A stretch of 64,000 bases of DNA from Octopus vulgaris (taxonomy: Eukaryota): contig OX597832.1 in NCBI GenBank assembly GCA_951406725.2, forward strand, positions 13,888,001-13,952,000. Direction: 5' to 3'. The translations under genes were made by a program, and so were the position numbers. Below are positions 12,845-26,739 of the stretch, piece by piece. The notes beneath the pieces were generated by a model, which was not told where the DNA came from, did not search any database, and worked only from the letters and a program-made list of their open reading frames with translations. Position 1 is the first letter of the stretch, and the number at the start of each line of letters is the position of its first letter.

Positions 12845-13246
12845 TACTTTTTACCCTTTTACTTGTTTCAGCCATTTGACTGCGGCCACGCTGGAGATCC
12901 GCCTTTAGGCGAGCAAATCGACCCTAGGACTGTAAGCCTAGTACTTATTCTATCGGCCTATTTTGCCGAACCGCTAAGTAAAGGGGACGTAAACACACCA
13001 GCATCGGTTGCCAATCGGTGTTGGGGGGGGGGACAAACACTGACACACAAACACACACGCGCATGTATATATATACATATATACGACCGGCTTCTTTCAG
13101 TTTCCGTCACCGAAATCCATTCACAAGGCTTTGGTTTGCCCGAAGCTATAGTAGAAGACACTTGTCCAAGATGCCAAGCAGTGGGACTGAACCCGGAACC
13201 ATGTCGTTGGTAAACAAGCTATTCACCACACATCACTCTTGCGCCT
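12845..13246 (-). mobile_element. SINE family A, near full length
   Basis: tRNA-like head (GGCGCA..GTGTGGT..GGTTCCGGGTTCAGTCCC), internal (TA/TG)n, tail GAAACAAGTAAAAG; matches 25308-25716 and 26740-27138. Confidence 0.92.
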
Positions 13247-14438
13247 ATGGTAGTTTAAATTCAAATTATCTTATATATAGTGTCATACAAGTTCGTAGTC
13301 AACCATGTGCATCCATTTGCAAAAAAAAATTTAATCTTGAATTAAGTGGTATTGTACGGCTATAGGTCCTATAAAGAATACGCAATATTTCAGTTGCGCA
13401 CTACTTGTGTGAGATTCCGATCTTTGAAATTTAGACGTGAATCTGGGTTTGTTTGTATATGGTACATTGCGATACAACAGATATTGAAATATAATACGTT
13501 TGTCGCAAAGTATAGTGTGACTAACGATTTGCGATACCACACTTTTGAGACAATCATTATTTATTATAAATACTCTGTTGTCTTATCAGCATCCCATCAT
13601 AGATCTTTCACTAAATGATATCTAATATAGCTGCGGCCTCACCTGTGTTATGTGATTCAAATTTGTAATACCTGAACTATGTGGAACTCTTTCAGATGTA
13701 TTGATAAGCAGGGTTAAATTCAATTCAAATCTAAAGTGACAACTCTTCACACCACCTTTACAAATAACTAGCTTGGGTTGAGTTCATTTCCTTTTCTTTG
13801 ACTCTTTCACTTCTCTTTTGTGATGATTGCTATTCCTCCTTTCCTACCTGAAAATGGAAAATGACGAAAAATCCTGCGATCAATTACAAGATTAATTCCA
13901 TCGTGAAATAAATACACAGATCGGACCGTTACTGATTAGGTTATATAGATTAAAAATAAATCAAATATAGCTCCAAAGGTTAGTACCATGATAGTAATCA
14001 GTGCCATGCCAACCACCAAGAGACTTCCAAATGAAACATTTTGTTTAAATTTCTGTTCTTCTGTATATGTAGGCAAAACATATATTCATTAATTTTCCTT
14101 AATTGTATATATTTATTTGTGAGTATATGTACTTTTTACAGCCATCTTCATTACTTCAAGTATAGCAGACATATGCAATAAAATGAATTTAATGTTAAAT
14201 GAGATACAATTATTTTATTTTTATTACCCCATTCTGGTTTTAAAATAGTTGCATTGAAATACACATTTAATTAGGATTTCCGGTACAAAGTAAGTGGACT
14301 TGGACTCGCAGATTTAGATTTAGAACTGGTAAAAAGTATATTGAGGACGAAAAGCAGTATAGGTAGAATCAGAATATTTTCTCTCCCTCATGTTTCGTAT
14401 ATATTTATGAGAGCAGGTGTGCATGAGAGTCTATGTGA

Positions 14439-14486
<48 letters not shown>

Positions 14487-14525
14487 ATTTATCTCTCACT
14501 CTCTCTCTCTCTCTATCTATCTATC

Positions 14526-14557
<32 letters not shown>

Positions 14558-16716
14558 GATATAGATATATATAGATAGATATGTATTTACATGCACACAT
14601 GCATAGGTATAAATATGAATACGTATACATACGTGTACATGTATATAAATATGTGTGCGTATATATATATATATATATATCTTGTATTTATAATTCTTTA
14701 AATGCTTTAAAATGTTTCCGCTTCAAAGGTTCGCTCATGCATATATATAATCTTTAAGAAATCATATATTGATATATAATCTTGCGATTCCATTCACCTA
14801 TCGCAATAATTCTATAAGCTATACGAGCCGTTATTAAAAAGTCATTGTTTCACAGATGTATTTAATCATTTCAAGCACATCTACGCATATATATATTTCC
14901 TATACTTCAATTTATACTTACATTAATATTGTATTCTTTGCAATTATTTTCTGTACAGCATTTACAAATTGTTCATCTCTATTTTTTTAATCTTTGAAGA
15001 GCATGTATCAGCATTTGAGTACATATATTTAATTCAGCATATATTTTGAAATATTCCTTATGCGGCCAATGGCTTAAAGTAGGAAATACGGTTTATGTGT
15101 TACCATTGAAAACAAAACAATGACTCGCTGGAGAATATCTTTATGATACAACAGCATAAAGCATAAATGAGGGTGTAAATAATATGCAAGTCAGTTTTAA
15201 TTTCAATTCAGTTGTTGCAGTGCTTGCTATTATTTGATTACGATTAACTTCAACTTTCCCAGTGACAATATTTGCCGCATTAATCTTCTCTGGAATTATT
15301 AAAAATTCTCTTTCCTAGGAGATTTCCAAAGCTGTGTGTTTATGGGAGTAATGTAAGTTTCTGTCTGTTGTTCTTGTGTAGTGTGATCTCAACTCTGATC
15401 AAGCAGAAATATCGCACGAAGTTAGTTGAGTGAACGATTAGACATGCGGGAATTACTGATTGTCACAAATATACCAAGCTACAACTTAGCTGAAACATGT
15501 ATCATGTACATGCAGATATAGTCACTAGCCCTATAAAGTTCAATGTGTGCTTAAGCACGTACTTCGGTGAAGTATACATGTTGGTAGTAGGTAGGAATGT
15601 CTTTGTAATCTGCAGTCTAGCAGACAAAGATATGACTTTTCATCTTTAACTAAAGACCATTATTTTATAGAAACTTATTCTTATATTTTATTTCCTTGAC
15701 TGATCCATTTACACTTCTACGCTTCATTTATATAACATTTTTCTTCATATTGCCTTCCCTATGCAGCATGTGTCTAGTTTTACTAAGCATATTTTACCAT
15801 AAATCGGTATTCTTTCTTTTTATGTTGCCTCAGTGTGATCTGAGACAAGCAATATTTTTTTCTATATATTCTACAATTTCCGGAATGTCTGCCTTATATT
15901 TAATTCAATTTCTGTAATATACTTTGTATTTCATTTTTCATGTTATCTATGATAATGTATTTCTCTTAATATTATATAAAAAAAATAAAACTATTTCTGT
16001 GTTAGCTAAAGTTTCATCGTTTTATCATATATTCCACGGTGACTAGCTATTTCTTTCCTTATCTAATATTCCCCTCCTTTATTTTTCTGTTTGAAAATTT
16101 CTGCTGTGGTGCATATTATATGTGATTTACATAGGTTATATCAATGCTGTCGCTTGATTTGTAAAGTATTTCCTTTGTTCTCATCTGCAAGTGCTATTTT
16201 AGGAATGTATGCTCTTAGTACACAACCGTTCTCGTATTTCTCATTACTTTTCTTCATACACATTACTGCACCACTTTTCAATTTTATTGCTTCTAACAGC
16301 TTCTCTTATGTATTCTCTTTTGCTAATACGTGAGAGACTGAGAGTCAGCGCCAATAATATTTACAAAACCTCGAATTTTTCCCAAGATCGATGCCGTTTA
16401 TATTTAGTTTGAATCTCTACAGATCGACGTATGTGTAGTGATAGAATTCCGAAAGCTTGTATTTCTATGCAACATTGATTCAGCAAAACATTTAGTGCCG
16501 TTTTGGGTAGAGAGTAAGATTTCGTAAAAGTAGAAAAAAAGGAGAGTTGACTAGTGTCTCGTAGCATATTGGAGGAATAAGTTCTCCCTCTTAAAATTAA
16601 TCAACTGTGTATTGACGGATATATACATACATACACACACACACAAACACACACAAACAAACACACACACACACACGCACATATATATATAACTATGTAT
16701 GTATGTATATATTCCT

Positions 16717-17217
16717 TGTGAACCCCTTCGGTCATAATTGCCATGGAATAGCACCTAGAAAGTTACCATCCGAGGCACAAGTCTGGACAAAGTTGTTTAG
16801 GGAAGACCAGCAGTCGCCCAGGTATTCTAGCGACCCCTCTCCACGCTAGCAATGTTATCCAAGAGAAAGGCATATGCCAATAAACTTTGGCACCACTGAC
16901 ATCGCAGTTCATTTATTAAAGTGCAAGTGTATGAGCACTCCGCAGACACGTGTACCCTTAACGAAGTTCTCGGGGAGATTCAGTGTGACAAAGAGTGTGA
17001 CAATGTGCGTCCTTTCAAGTAAAGGTACAACAGAAGGAGGAAGAAAGAGAGAGAGAGAGAGAAAGTTGTAGTGAAAGAATACAGCAGTGTTCACCAGCAA
17101 CCACTGCCGATCATCGTGAAGCTTTAGGTGATTTCGCTCAATAAATACTTAATACAATGCCTGGTCAGGGAATCGAAAATGCGATCTTACGACCGCGCGT
17201 CCGCACGCCCTAACCAC
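16717..17217 (-). mobile_element. SINE family C head with a different body/tail
   Basis: Minus strand GTGGTTAGGGCGTGCGGACGCGCGGTCGTAAGATCGCATTTTCGATTCCC..TTTATTGAGCGAAATCACCTAAAGCT matches 7301-7480. Confidence 0.72.
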
Positions 17218-17362
17218 CTATCTATTTATCCCTCTATTTCTCTATCTATCTATCTATCTATCCATATATGCATCTATCTATCTATCTAGCTATCTATCTA
17301 TCTATCTATCTATCTATATTTACATATATACATACACACACACACTCACATATATATATAAA

Positions 17363-17394
<32 letters not shown>

Positions 17395-17398
17395 CATA

Positions 17399-18345
17399 CT
17401 AGCAGTAATACCAAGCGTCGCGCGTGTTAAGCGAATGATGAAGTTTAAAAACGTCGTCTAGATTACGCAGGCCTCAACTGCTAATAGCTGAGATACCAAC
17501 TTCCTACATTAATAACACTCCAACCCATGCCAGCATAGAACTTAGACGTTATGTGAAATGTTAAAGGAGAGTTTTCAACTCGTTTATAACGTATGAATAT
17601 AAAGTAGATACACGTAATTCATAAACACTTTAGGTGTAGCTTTTTCGTATTAAAAAAACAAACAAACTGGGACATATGATATACAATGAAAGACCGACGC
17701 TGATGATTCAGTTGACAGAGGTTGTAAATTGCCAATCCGATGATAAATCTGACCTAATATCTTGAAAGTTTGCATGAATCCTGGCTCAGTTAAATATGCT
17801 GTGACTCCAAATAATGTCATCTGTAATGCAGCGTTGTATTTTCTAATTTTGTTTTGGAAGTGCTTGGAATATTGATCAGTTGATGACAACATTTCTTCAG
17901 TGTCTTTGGAGGTTAGGGAATTGCAGGGAGTTTAATGTTTCCAACATTACAGCACAGTGCATGTGTCTCTCCAGGCCACTTCCTTACTTTACAATGTATG
18001 CACTCAGTTGTCCTTGCACCAATGGAAACTCTAGTGTCATCTGCATAATGATCTGCTGGATCATAATTGACAGTTACTTCATATATATTGCTTCTCTGAG
18101 CTGTTGCGACTGATCTTCGTTATGCAGTGGAGATCCTATTCCTTGTTAGCCGTGCATACTTCTGTTCATCACTTTGAGATGCTCTGTCTTTTGTAATGCA
18201 TAGTCTGTTCCTTTCTTGGTATGTCTCCCTCTCTACACCTGTCTCTCAGAGACATTCTTTTGGCTGACCTCGACATTGTGGACAAATTTGACAATTTCTT
18301 TCTTGGCATGGTTGTTTACGCATACGGATATACACAGGTGCAGAA
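17399..18345 (-). mobile_element. Helitron remnant (internally deleted): N-terminal Rep-helicase coding fragment plus 3' CTAG terminus
   Basis: ATG at 18309 (MPRKKLSNLS); YDPADHY..VSIG..CIHCKVRKWPGETHALCCNVGNIKLP; SKHFQNKIRKYNAALQMT.FG..EPGFMQTFKILGQIYHRIG; degenerate GC hairpin followed by CTAG|T at 17399-17430. Confidence 0.85.
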
Positions 18346-19442
18346 AATAGGAAACAATGAAAAGAAAAACGAGCCTTTTCGACACCTCCTTTTTGCTTTT
18401 AATCAAGGTTCTAAGGCTGCAAAATATGCTCGCGACATTTGAGCTGTGTATGGAGAGGGTACCATAGCTGAAAGAACCGCTCATGATTGTTATGCCAAGT
18501 TCAAAAATTGAAATTTTGCCCTCAAAGTCGCCCTTCGTTCTGGCTGTCCAGTTGAATTTGATGAAGAGCGATTAAACCAACTTTTCCAAGAAAATGCTCG
18601 TCAAACGACAAGGAAACTGGCAGAGAAAATGAAATGCTCCCACACTGCTATAGAGAAGCATCTTCACTCGATTCAAAGTGTTCAGATGTATGGAGCATGT
18701 GTTCCGCCTTCTTTAAAGCATGCAGAACCCATGTGACAACGACAATTCTCAACGAGCCACAATCTCCGCTGGTTTATTTGCTTGTCACCGCTCAACTCAT
18801 GGAGAGAAGCAATGATTTCTTTAGCGAATCGTTACTGGTGATGAAATATGGAATGTCTTACACCCCTAAACAAATGACACCGCGCTTGAAACAAGATCAT
18901 GGTCTGCGTAAAACGATGTTGTGCGTTCAGTGGGACTGGGAAGGGATTATCCATTACGAATTGCTTGAACGGAACCAAACGATCAACGTGGAACTCTATG
19001 TTCAACAGATGGAACGACACAACAAGTCTTTTAAGACAAGAACCCTAATTGGCAGTTCTGCTGCACGACAACGCCAGCTCTCGTATCGCCAATATGACCA
19101 AGGAAGCCATTCAAACGCATGGCTGTGAAGTGCTGCCAAACCCGCGGTACTCTCGTGACTTGGCACCGACAGATTTCCACCTCTTTCTATATCTTTCAAT
19201 TGCTATGCGTGTAGTTTCTTTCAATACTGATGCAGAATTGAGCGCTTGGTTGGATCAATTTTTCGAGTCGAAATCGATTGATTTCTACCAACGAGGTATT
19301 GAGAATCTGGTTTAATGTTGGGAAAAAGTTCTATACAACAAGGGTGAATACATTATCGTTTAATTAGTTGTTATTTTTTTATTAAACATTTTCAAAAATT
19401 TGAATTTAAGAAAACGGCGGGAACCTAGTTGCCAACTCAATA
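18345..19442 (+). mobile_element. Mariner transposon remnant with 3' TIR
   Basis: KNEPFRHLLFAFNQGSKAA, RSGCPVEFDEERLNQL, KTMLCVQWDWEGIIHYELL, LLHDNASSR, PNPRYSRDLAPTDFHLF; terminus CGGCGGGAACCTAGTTGCCAACTCAA-TA. Confidence 0.95.
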
Positions 19443-19619
19443 CATAATGCTGATTATATTACTCTAATATCAGAGGCGATTTAAGTAACTACTAATATAT
19501 TTCACAGTGCGGTATAAGCTTTCAGGTGGCATCAGCCACCCTTGTTAACGCTGGAAATGCAAAATTTAACTGATTACACTTGGATGATATAATTGCCTCA
19601 TAATTTGAAAGCCCGATAC

Positions 19620-19790
19620 AATCTCTAATTGCTTTCATGTATCTCGGGAGTTAGATAGTGTGCACAATGGCATATAGGAAGCCATTTCCTCAGAGCTTGG
19701 TTAGCATATAAACTTCTCAACATAATACAGAAATCTAAGCTATCGGGAAAATCTTAAAAGGAATCACATCCGCAGGGTTCATGTGGTTGA
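19620..19790 (+). mobile_element. Possible very old RTE-type LINE fragment
   Basis: FMYLGS* followed by a remnant resembling the RTE post-RT segment (L..IWKS.L...LK); heavily decayed. Confidence 0.3.
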
Positions 19791-21329
19791 GATGCATTAT
19801 AGATCTTCCACTCGAGTACCTCTGTATGTCGACACAGGGCAGTGTGCAATTTAGGTGGTCCTTAAAACAACACCCTCCATTACGGTTGACACTGTTGTAG
19901 AAATAATGAAGAAAAATTTAGTGATGATACATATTGGGCATTTCATTATCGGTGCCTTACATTTTGTTGAACACGAAAATATATAACAATTTCGACCACA
20001 TGATGATATTGATAATGATGATAACTATAATGATGGTAATGTTGATTATACACGTGGAAATTTCGGTTTTAATGTACTATTTGTTTTAGCGCAGATATAT
20101 ATGAGAGAGATTAAAGGCCTTTGTTTTTCGATCGACACGCTCACATATGTGGGTGGTTGTCTTGCACAGTTTATCCAAAAATCAACACCACCACCGCTTT
20201 TCATTTGTAACGGACATTTCACGATTTGTTGATTAGATTTAAAACAATCCCCGCACGTCTCGATATGTCAGCATACAAATTTAGAGTCAATGTATTCTAA
20301 AAGCTGCAATATAACGAATAAATACAGTAAAAAGGTTTAAAACATTTTGAATGCTATAATGTTGGTTACATTTATATAGTAATGCATTAAATAATGACTG
20401 TCTCTGATTCTGTCCAATTTCATGAAAGAAATATGGAAGAATAAGAAATATACAAAATACATTTTTCTTTCTTTTGTATTTATGGCATTCCCGTATTTCT
20501 ATGATATCAATGTTGGCAAAAGTAGAAAATTATAATACTTCTGTCTATGTCATATACTTATTATTTTCTTGTTTCTAAAATATTTACGTGATTTTTTTCC
20601 TGTGCTACACCTGTTGTGATATTTGTGTTGCACAAGTCTCTGCTACGTAATCACTTGGTGGATGTTATAATTCGATTTGTCGTGGGTTTTGTTATTTCCT
20701 TTTCTTTTCAGTGTCTAATAAATTTAGTGCTATTTCTGTTCATAGTGTATTTTCAACAGGGTTTTTTTCTTTAATTTCAGTTACCCTTCCGTTTCATACG
20801 CAGTGTGCAATTTGTGCGATGTGCCTCAAAGTCAAGTTTAAAGACAACCGAGAACTGTATGTAATATGAAATATGAAAATTTCCAGGGTAGTCACTGCAG
20901 TAGTTACTCCATTAGATTTTACATTTAATATATGTTGTGCGGTTGGTATTGCATTTCAGGGTCTGGTCTTAATTGTGCGGAATATAGAATATTATTAGAT
21001 AGCAACATGGCCTCTACTGTTATAGAGTGTATATTTTTAAATCCCATTGATGTTTGATAACGCTTGGCATCAATTATGTTAGGTTATATATTATCATGTT
21101 CTTTCATTTACTGATTTTGTAGAGCATAATTGATGTTAAATTGGTTCGTAGCTGCGTGAGTTGTTCAGTGTTCAGTGGTGAATGTATATAGTGTGCACAC
21201 TATGCAGAGTATAAATGTGGATATGGACGATTTTGGATATAACCAGGCAGCCGGAACTAAGGTAACAATTCATATCATTGAACTGGTTTCATAGAACGTT
21301 ATCATTGACAGACTCTAATGAGGTGATCT

Positions 21330-21518
21330 GGGAGTATCGTTAGCAGGCCGGGCGAAATGTTTAACGGCATTTCGTCTGTATTTGTGTTCTGAGTACAAAT
21401 TCCACCGAGGTCGACTTTGCCTTTTATCCTTTCGGGGTCGATAAACTAAGCACCAATGAAACACTGGTATCAATGAAGTCGACTTCAGCCCTTGTGTCTA
21501 CAGTAGAAGGGATTATTG
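21330..21518 (+). mobile_element. SINE family B
   Basis: TTAGCA-GCCGGGCGAAATG..TTCTGAGT-CAAATTCC-CCGAGGTCGACTTTGCCTTT-ATCCTTTCGGGGTCGATAAA core shared with 29015 and 55991. Confidence 0.88.
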
Positions 21519-22640
21519 ATGAACTCGATTTATATATTTCTTTATTCATTATATGTGATTAAATATCCGTCCGAGGAACCTGCACTAAAACCTTCTCTTT
21601 CTTACGTCTTGTACTCAGACTATGAAGACAGACTAAATGTCTGTAAGCATTTGGTGTGCCATGCTATTGGATCTGCCAGCTCACCGCCTTGTGATAGCTC
21701 AGATATCAATAATCTATGTTTTGAGGGAAATACTTAAAGAGAACTATATGTTCAATTACTGTGCTTTGATGGGTGACAAAAATAGTAGAGAATCTCTTAA
21801 GAAAAGCATTATGTTTTGTCGCTCACTCAACAAAAACCTGTCCATGATTTTCACTCTAAAGCTTATATTACAATATTTTGTAACTGCATGTAGCAGCCGG
21901 GTTTAAGTTATAGTGGTTAGTGTTAAAATCACAAGTATGCAAATTCAGGGACCTGTAGCGATGACAGCCTATTTCTTGGGGAACTAAGAAAGATTTCTTT
22001 AAAAATTATCACTAAATTATCAATGAATTCTTCATATATTTCCGCACTCTAAAGCATATTACTAGCGTGCTTACATTGTTATATTTTTTAAACTTAAAAA
22101 TTAATTCCGTCATTTTTAGTCAGGACATTTTTCACATAGAGTATATTTTACATTCTTTAATTAATAATACGGGGCCAAAATCAAATGTATAAATTAAGCT
22201 AGCGAATATCGAGTAATTTGTAGCTGCATTACATACAAGCAAAAAGCTTTATGCTTATGATTTTTTCCCTTTCAACAAAGGCGCTTCCATTATTGTATCG
22301 CCCACATAATCACAATCACACGCGGACGCGCGTTCATCTACTTATATCTACCTATGTAGCCATCTATCTATAATATTATTGATAACAATCTAAAACACTA
22401 TACATTTCCTACGGTTAACGGCTAATGTAATTTTGAACAGGTAAAATCGATGTTTTCAGGCAGTAGCCAACGATCAACACGGAGTTTGACCTCGAACCAT
22501 AGCACACACAATTAGGGTGGTCAGCAAGGGAGTCACTCCTAAAGCACCTGCTAGCTTCCAGCTTAACTCAACTTTCTTTCTCCATAGCCAGCAGGATAAT
22601 TTCTCTCTCCCACTCTTTCTATATATTTATATTTGTGTGC

Positions 22641-22676
<36 letters not shown>

Positions 22677-22854
22677 GTATATATACGTGTGCGCGCACAC
22701 ACACACACATATATTTAAATATACATATATGTGTGTGTGTATGGTGTAGGTAGGTGTGTATATATTCATATATACATGCATATATTTATGTCATCTATCT
22801 ATTTGTCCATCTAACAAACTAACACAATCTCTATATTTACATATTTATTTTGTT

Positions 22855-22937
<83 letters not shown>

Positions 22938-23339
22938 ATACATATTTGTGTGTGTTTGTACTTAGGAATGTATGTATCTTTGTATGTATGTACGTAATCT
23001 CAATACCAAATTATATGAAACATCGTAGCGGTTTTCTCCTAAGCTAAGTTTTCTGCTTTTCCAAATAACCATTAAATAACACACGCACGAATGGCAAATG
23101 AATGACACGAAGATTGTGAAAGCTGTGAGATTTCATAACAATGATCTATATCGATATTTTACTGTCAATTATTTTGACGAGACGAAGGATGATTCATAAT
23201 CCGGCAGTGGTGCGTGGCAAATAACTTTGTGTCTTTCGACAGAGACGTTATTGTCATTACACAGTAATGAGGCTTATTTCAGGTTAATTATGATGTCGGT
23301 ATGGCGATGACGGTGGCTCGTGATATTTGCAGTTGCATT

Positions 23340-23820
23340 GGTAATGGACATGATGATGATGATGATGGTGAGGATGATGATGATGATGATGATGATGACG
23401 ACGATGATGATGATGGTGGAGGCGGTGGTGGTGGTGATGATGATTTGATGATGGTGATGATGATGATGATGATGATAATTTGATGATGATGACGATGATG
23501 ATGATAACGTTGAAGATGAGGAACAGGGGAGGCGGAACAGGACTATATGAGGGCAGAAGGATGAGGATGAGCAAGAAGTAGGTGGAGCATTGAGATGATC
23601 TTAATAACAAGGTGATGATGATGGCGATGATGATAATGAGGATGAAGGCGATGACGACGATGACGATGGTGGTGGGGGTGGTGGTGGTTATGATGAGGAT
23701 TATGATAAAAAAAAGTGATGATTATAATGATGGGGTAGGAGAATATGGGTTTAGCAACAGTGAGAAGTATGTCGGTAATGTTACCCCCTACTCATGCTGA
23801 TGCTGATGCTGATGACGATG
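23340..23820. repeat. (GAT/GGT)n trinucleotide low-complexity region
   Basis: Visible GAT runs; the poly-D/M/H ORFs are artefacts. Confidence 0.93.
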
Positions 23821-24450
23821 GGGGTAGCAAGATAGCAACGATGAAGTCAAACATGATAACGTCTATCAAAAGAAAAAGCTATTGATGCTGATTATATTTG
23901 TGGTGATGATTATGATGCTGCGTAGGCTGAGAATAGTAAATAGTAAGAAAAAAAGATATCATTAATTGGTGGAAGTTAAAATGACGATGACGGGTGAAGA
24001 GAAGCAGGGGGAAATGTAGGCATAAAAAAGGGGGAGATATGGTAAGGAGACGATGATTGCTATGATGGTCAGCCTGACGATTACTAAAAGATGATTAGCT
24101 TAATGTTGATGGTTATCATAATGACGGCGTCCACGACTACGATAGTAATGATGCTGGGAATTACTTGTCTGGTCAGTGATAATGAAAATAATGGTGGTCA
24201 TCGTAGAGGTTTCTCTCTTTGTTATATCGAAGAAGGTCAGGATATTGTCCTTTCTCAGTAGTTTCTAAAACTAATGAAAAGCTAAAGATATCCTTTATAC
24301 TATGCTGAATGAAAGTGACAATGGCCACGTAAAATATGTCTAGTTATTTAAAAGTACGCTTATATATGATTTCTCAATACCATTCTGTGTTTAACTGGGA
24401 TGGAATTACATGGTTTCAAAATACATTTTGTAGGTTTTATACATACATAC

Positions 24451-24578
24451 AAAAATGTGATCCTGGGCCTGTCTCTAGAAGGTGTCAAACGTTCTCTTCC
24501 AGCCGTTACCTAAGGCGATAAATATGCCGTTATTTCAAATGTTAGTTGTGAGTCAGGAACTTATAAATCTGTGACTGC

Positions 24579-24627
<49 letters not shown>

Positions 24628-24885
24628 TTTATTTTGTTTGAGGAAACTCGGCGAACGTTTCAAGCGTATTCATTTGAACCGGTTAAAATGGTCTGTTCAA
24701 GAAAAAAAAATGTGATTCTCTGCCTGTCTCTAAAAGGTGTCAAACGTTCCTTTCCCGCCGTTATTTCAAATGTTAGTTGTGAGTCAGGAACGTATATGAA
24801 TTTATTTTGTTTGAGGAAACTCGTGGAACGTTTCAAGCGTATTCATTTGAACCGGTTAAAATGGTCCGTTCAAGAAATAAAAAAA
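24451..24885 (+). repeat. Local tandem duplication (2 diverged copies)
   Basis: AAAATGTGAT..CCTGTCTCTA-AAGGTGTCAAACGTTC..GAACCGGTTAAAATGGTC-GTTCAAGAAA occurs at 24451-24709 and 24707-24885. Confidence 0.92.
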
Positions 24886-24989
24886 CCCAAAACGATAGAA
24901 ATACGTTGTCCTTTCTATTTGTACCACAAATCCTAACGGACAATATATTCACGTGCTTATTTTAAACGTTTTCACATAGAGATGCAACT

Positions 24990-25150
24990 CGGAGATAGGT
25001 CACGTCATGAAGGCTTTGTTTCCTGACCACATTTTTTCAGAACCAATCGTACAACATGGCACCTTGGGCAATTGTCTTTTATATAGGCTCGAGTCGACAA
25101 AAACCTTCTGAATTGGTTTAGAAGAGGGAAAATGAATGAATTCCGTCGTA
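24990..25150 (+). mobile_element. SINE family A, degraded head
   Basis: ACCACAT..TGGCACCTTGGGCAA-TGTCTT-TA-TATAG-CTCG resembles the family A head. Confidence 0.55.
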
Positions 25151-25273
25151 TATACATATTTATATATTTGTGTGTGTATGTATGTTGTGAAGAAATCCCA
25201 TAAAACTTACATGTACATAATTCCTCACCTCTTCAATATAGAATTGTATTATATGATTATATATAAATAGGTC

Positions 25274-25307
<34 letters not shown>

Positions 25308-25309
<2 letters not shown>

Positions 25310-25716
25310 CGCAGACGTGGCTGTGTGATAAGAAGTTTTCTTCTCAACCACATGGTTCCGGGTTCAGTCCCTCTAAGTGACAGCTTGCACAAGTGACATT
25401 TAGTATAGTGTCGGGCCGACCAAATCCTTGTGAGTGGGTTTGGTACACGTAAACCGAAAGAAGCCCGTACTATATATATGTGTGTGTGCGTGCATGTGTT
25501 TGTGTTTATGTGTGTGTGTCTGTGTCTGTCTCCAACACCGCTTGATACCCGTTGTTGGTGAGTTTATGACCCCGTAGCAGTTCGACAAAGAGACCGATAG
25601 GATAAATATTACGCTTAGAAAAAATTGTGGGGTCGAATTGTTCGACTTAAGACTTAATCAAATTCAAAGCTTTGCTCCAGCATTGCCGAAGTCAAATGAC
25701 TGAAACGAATAAAAGC
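25308..25716 (+). mobile_element. SINE family A, full length, inserted at a (TA)n tract
   Basis: GGCGCAGACGTGGCTGTGTGATAAGAAG..GGTTCCGGGTTCAGTCCC head; GTCAAATGACTGAAAC..TAAAAG tail. Confidence 0.9.
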
Positions 25717-26739
25717 AAATAATAATATATATATACACTAAATATAGTGTGGTCATATGAGTTCACAAGGCTTGTCATTTGTACGTAATCACCTATTCCA
25801 AATGTCGTATCGGTTTTGTTCTGCCAACTAAATAATTTATATATTTTCATATTGAATTTAATCTATTCATATTTTGAATATTATACGCACTAACATCCAC
25901 ATATAATTCTGTTAAATTCTGCTCAGAATAAAAACAATGAACGGAATAGTTTTGTCTGCTCCATATTCAGCTGACTGACACAAATAAAAGAAAGAAATGA
26001 AAGTAATATGGGAGAAAAGTGCTTAAATTTCTTTTAATAACTCTTATGAGCATTCTCCTATAAATATTTTGTGAGCGTCAGGCATTTTTGTGTTTGCGAT
26101 AAACAGACGACTTTTGTGGGATATGTGTATTAGTTCTATAAGATGTATTTCCATCATCTTTGTTGAGGAGATGTATTCCTAAAAATTATTGTGGAGTCGC
26201 TTGATTTTCAAACTCCTTAGTCTTAATACTGCCTTCGCGATAGAATGGGAATCAATGACTTTTTAACGCCCGGTAACTACAAAAAACATTCATTAATTAA
26301 ACGCATGCTCTATATCATTGCTTTCCTTCATTTCACCACGAAGTTTTATTCCTCTACTCTCTATGCCTTCCGGGTAATTCGCAGGATGGTTAGTTCAATG
26401 ATAAATAGACACGTGCGCGCACACACACATGCTGACAAGCAAACAAAGACACACGAAACAAAATAACAAAAAACAAAATCATTAGTTCGTGAAGAATGCT
26501 GCGACTGTTTTCTTTTCTAATCGGTGGTGAGGCCAAAGAGACACATATCTCATCCATATCTCACATCCATATTTCACAAAGACGAAATATATTTTCATAT
26601 ATTTTTTCAAGGTATACCGAATGCTGCAGCAAAAGCGGTGAGGTATACAACCAGCGGAACCTTAATTGAATAGTTATCTTTCTCATAAGTGTCATAGAGC
26701 TAGGAGGGAAACACCGAATTGCCGCAAAAGAGTAACGCA

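Noticed and set aside
15500-16450. Possible ancient Penelope-like remnants on the minus strand (also 20450-21250 and 46050-46800)
   Set aside because: Compositional bias and isolated motif hints only; too decayed to support.
25308-25380. tRNA gene-like A/B boxes (also at 7301 and 29015)
   Set aside because: These are heads of multi-copy SINEs continuing into SINE bodies; no complete cloverleaf is evident.
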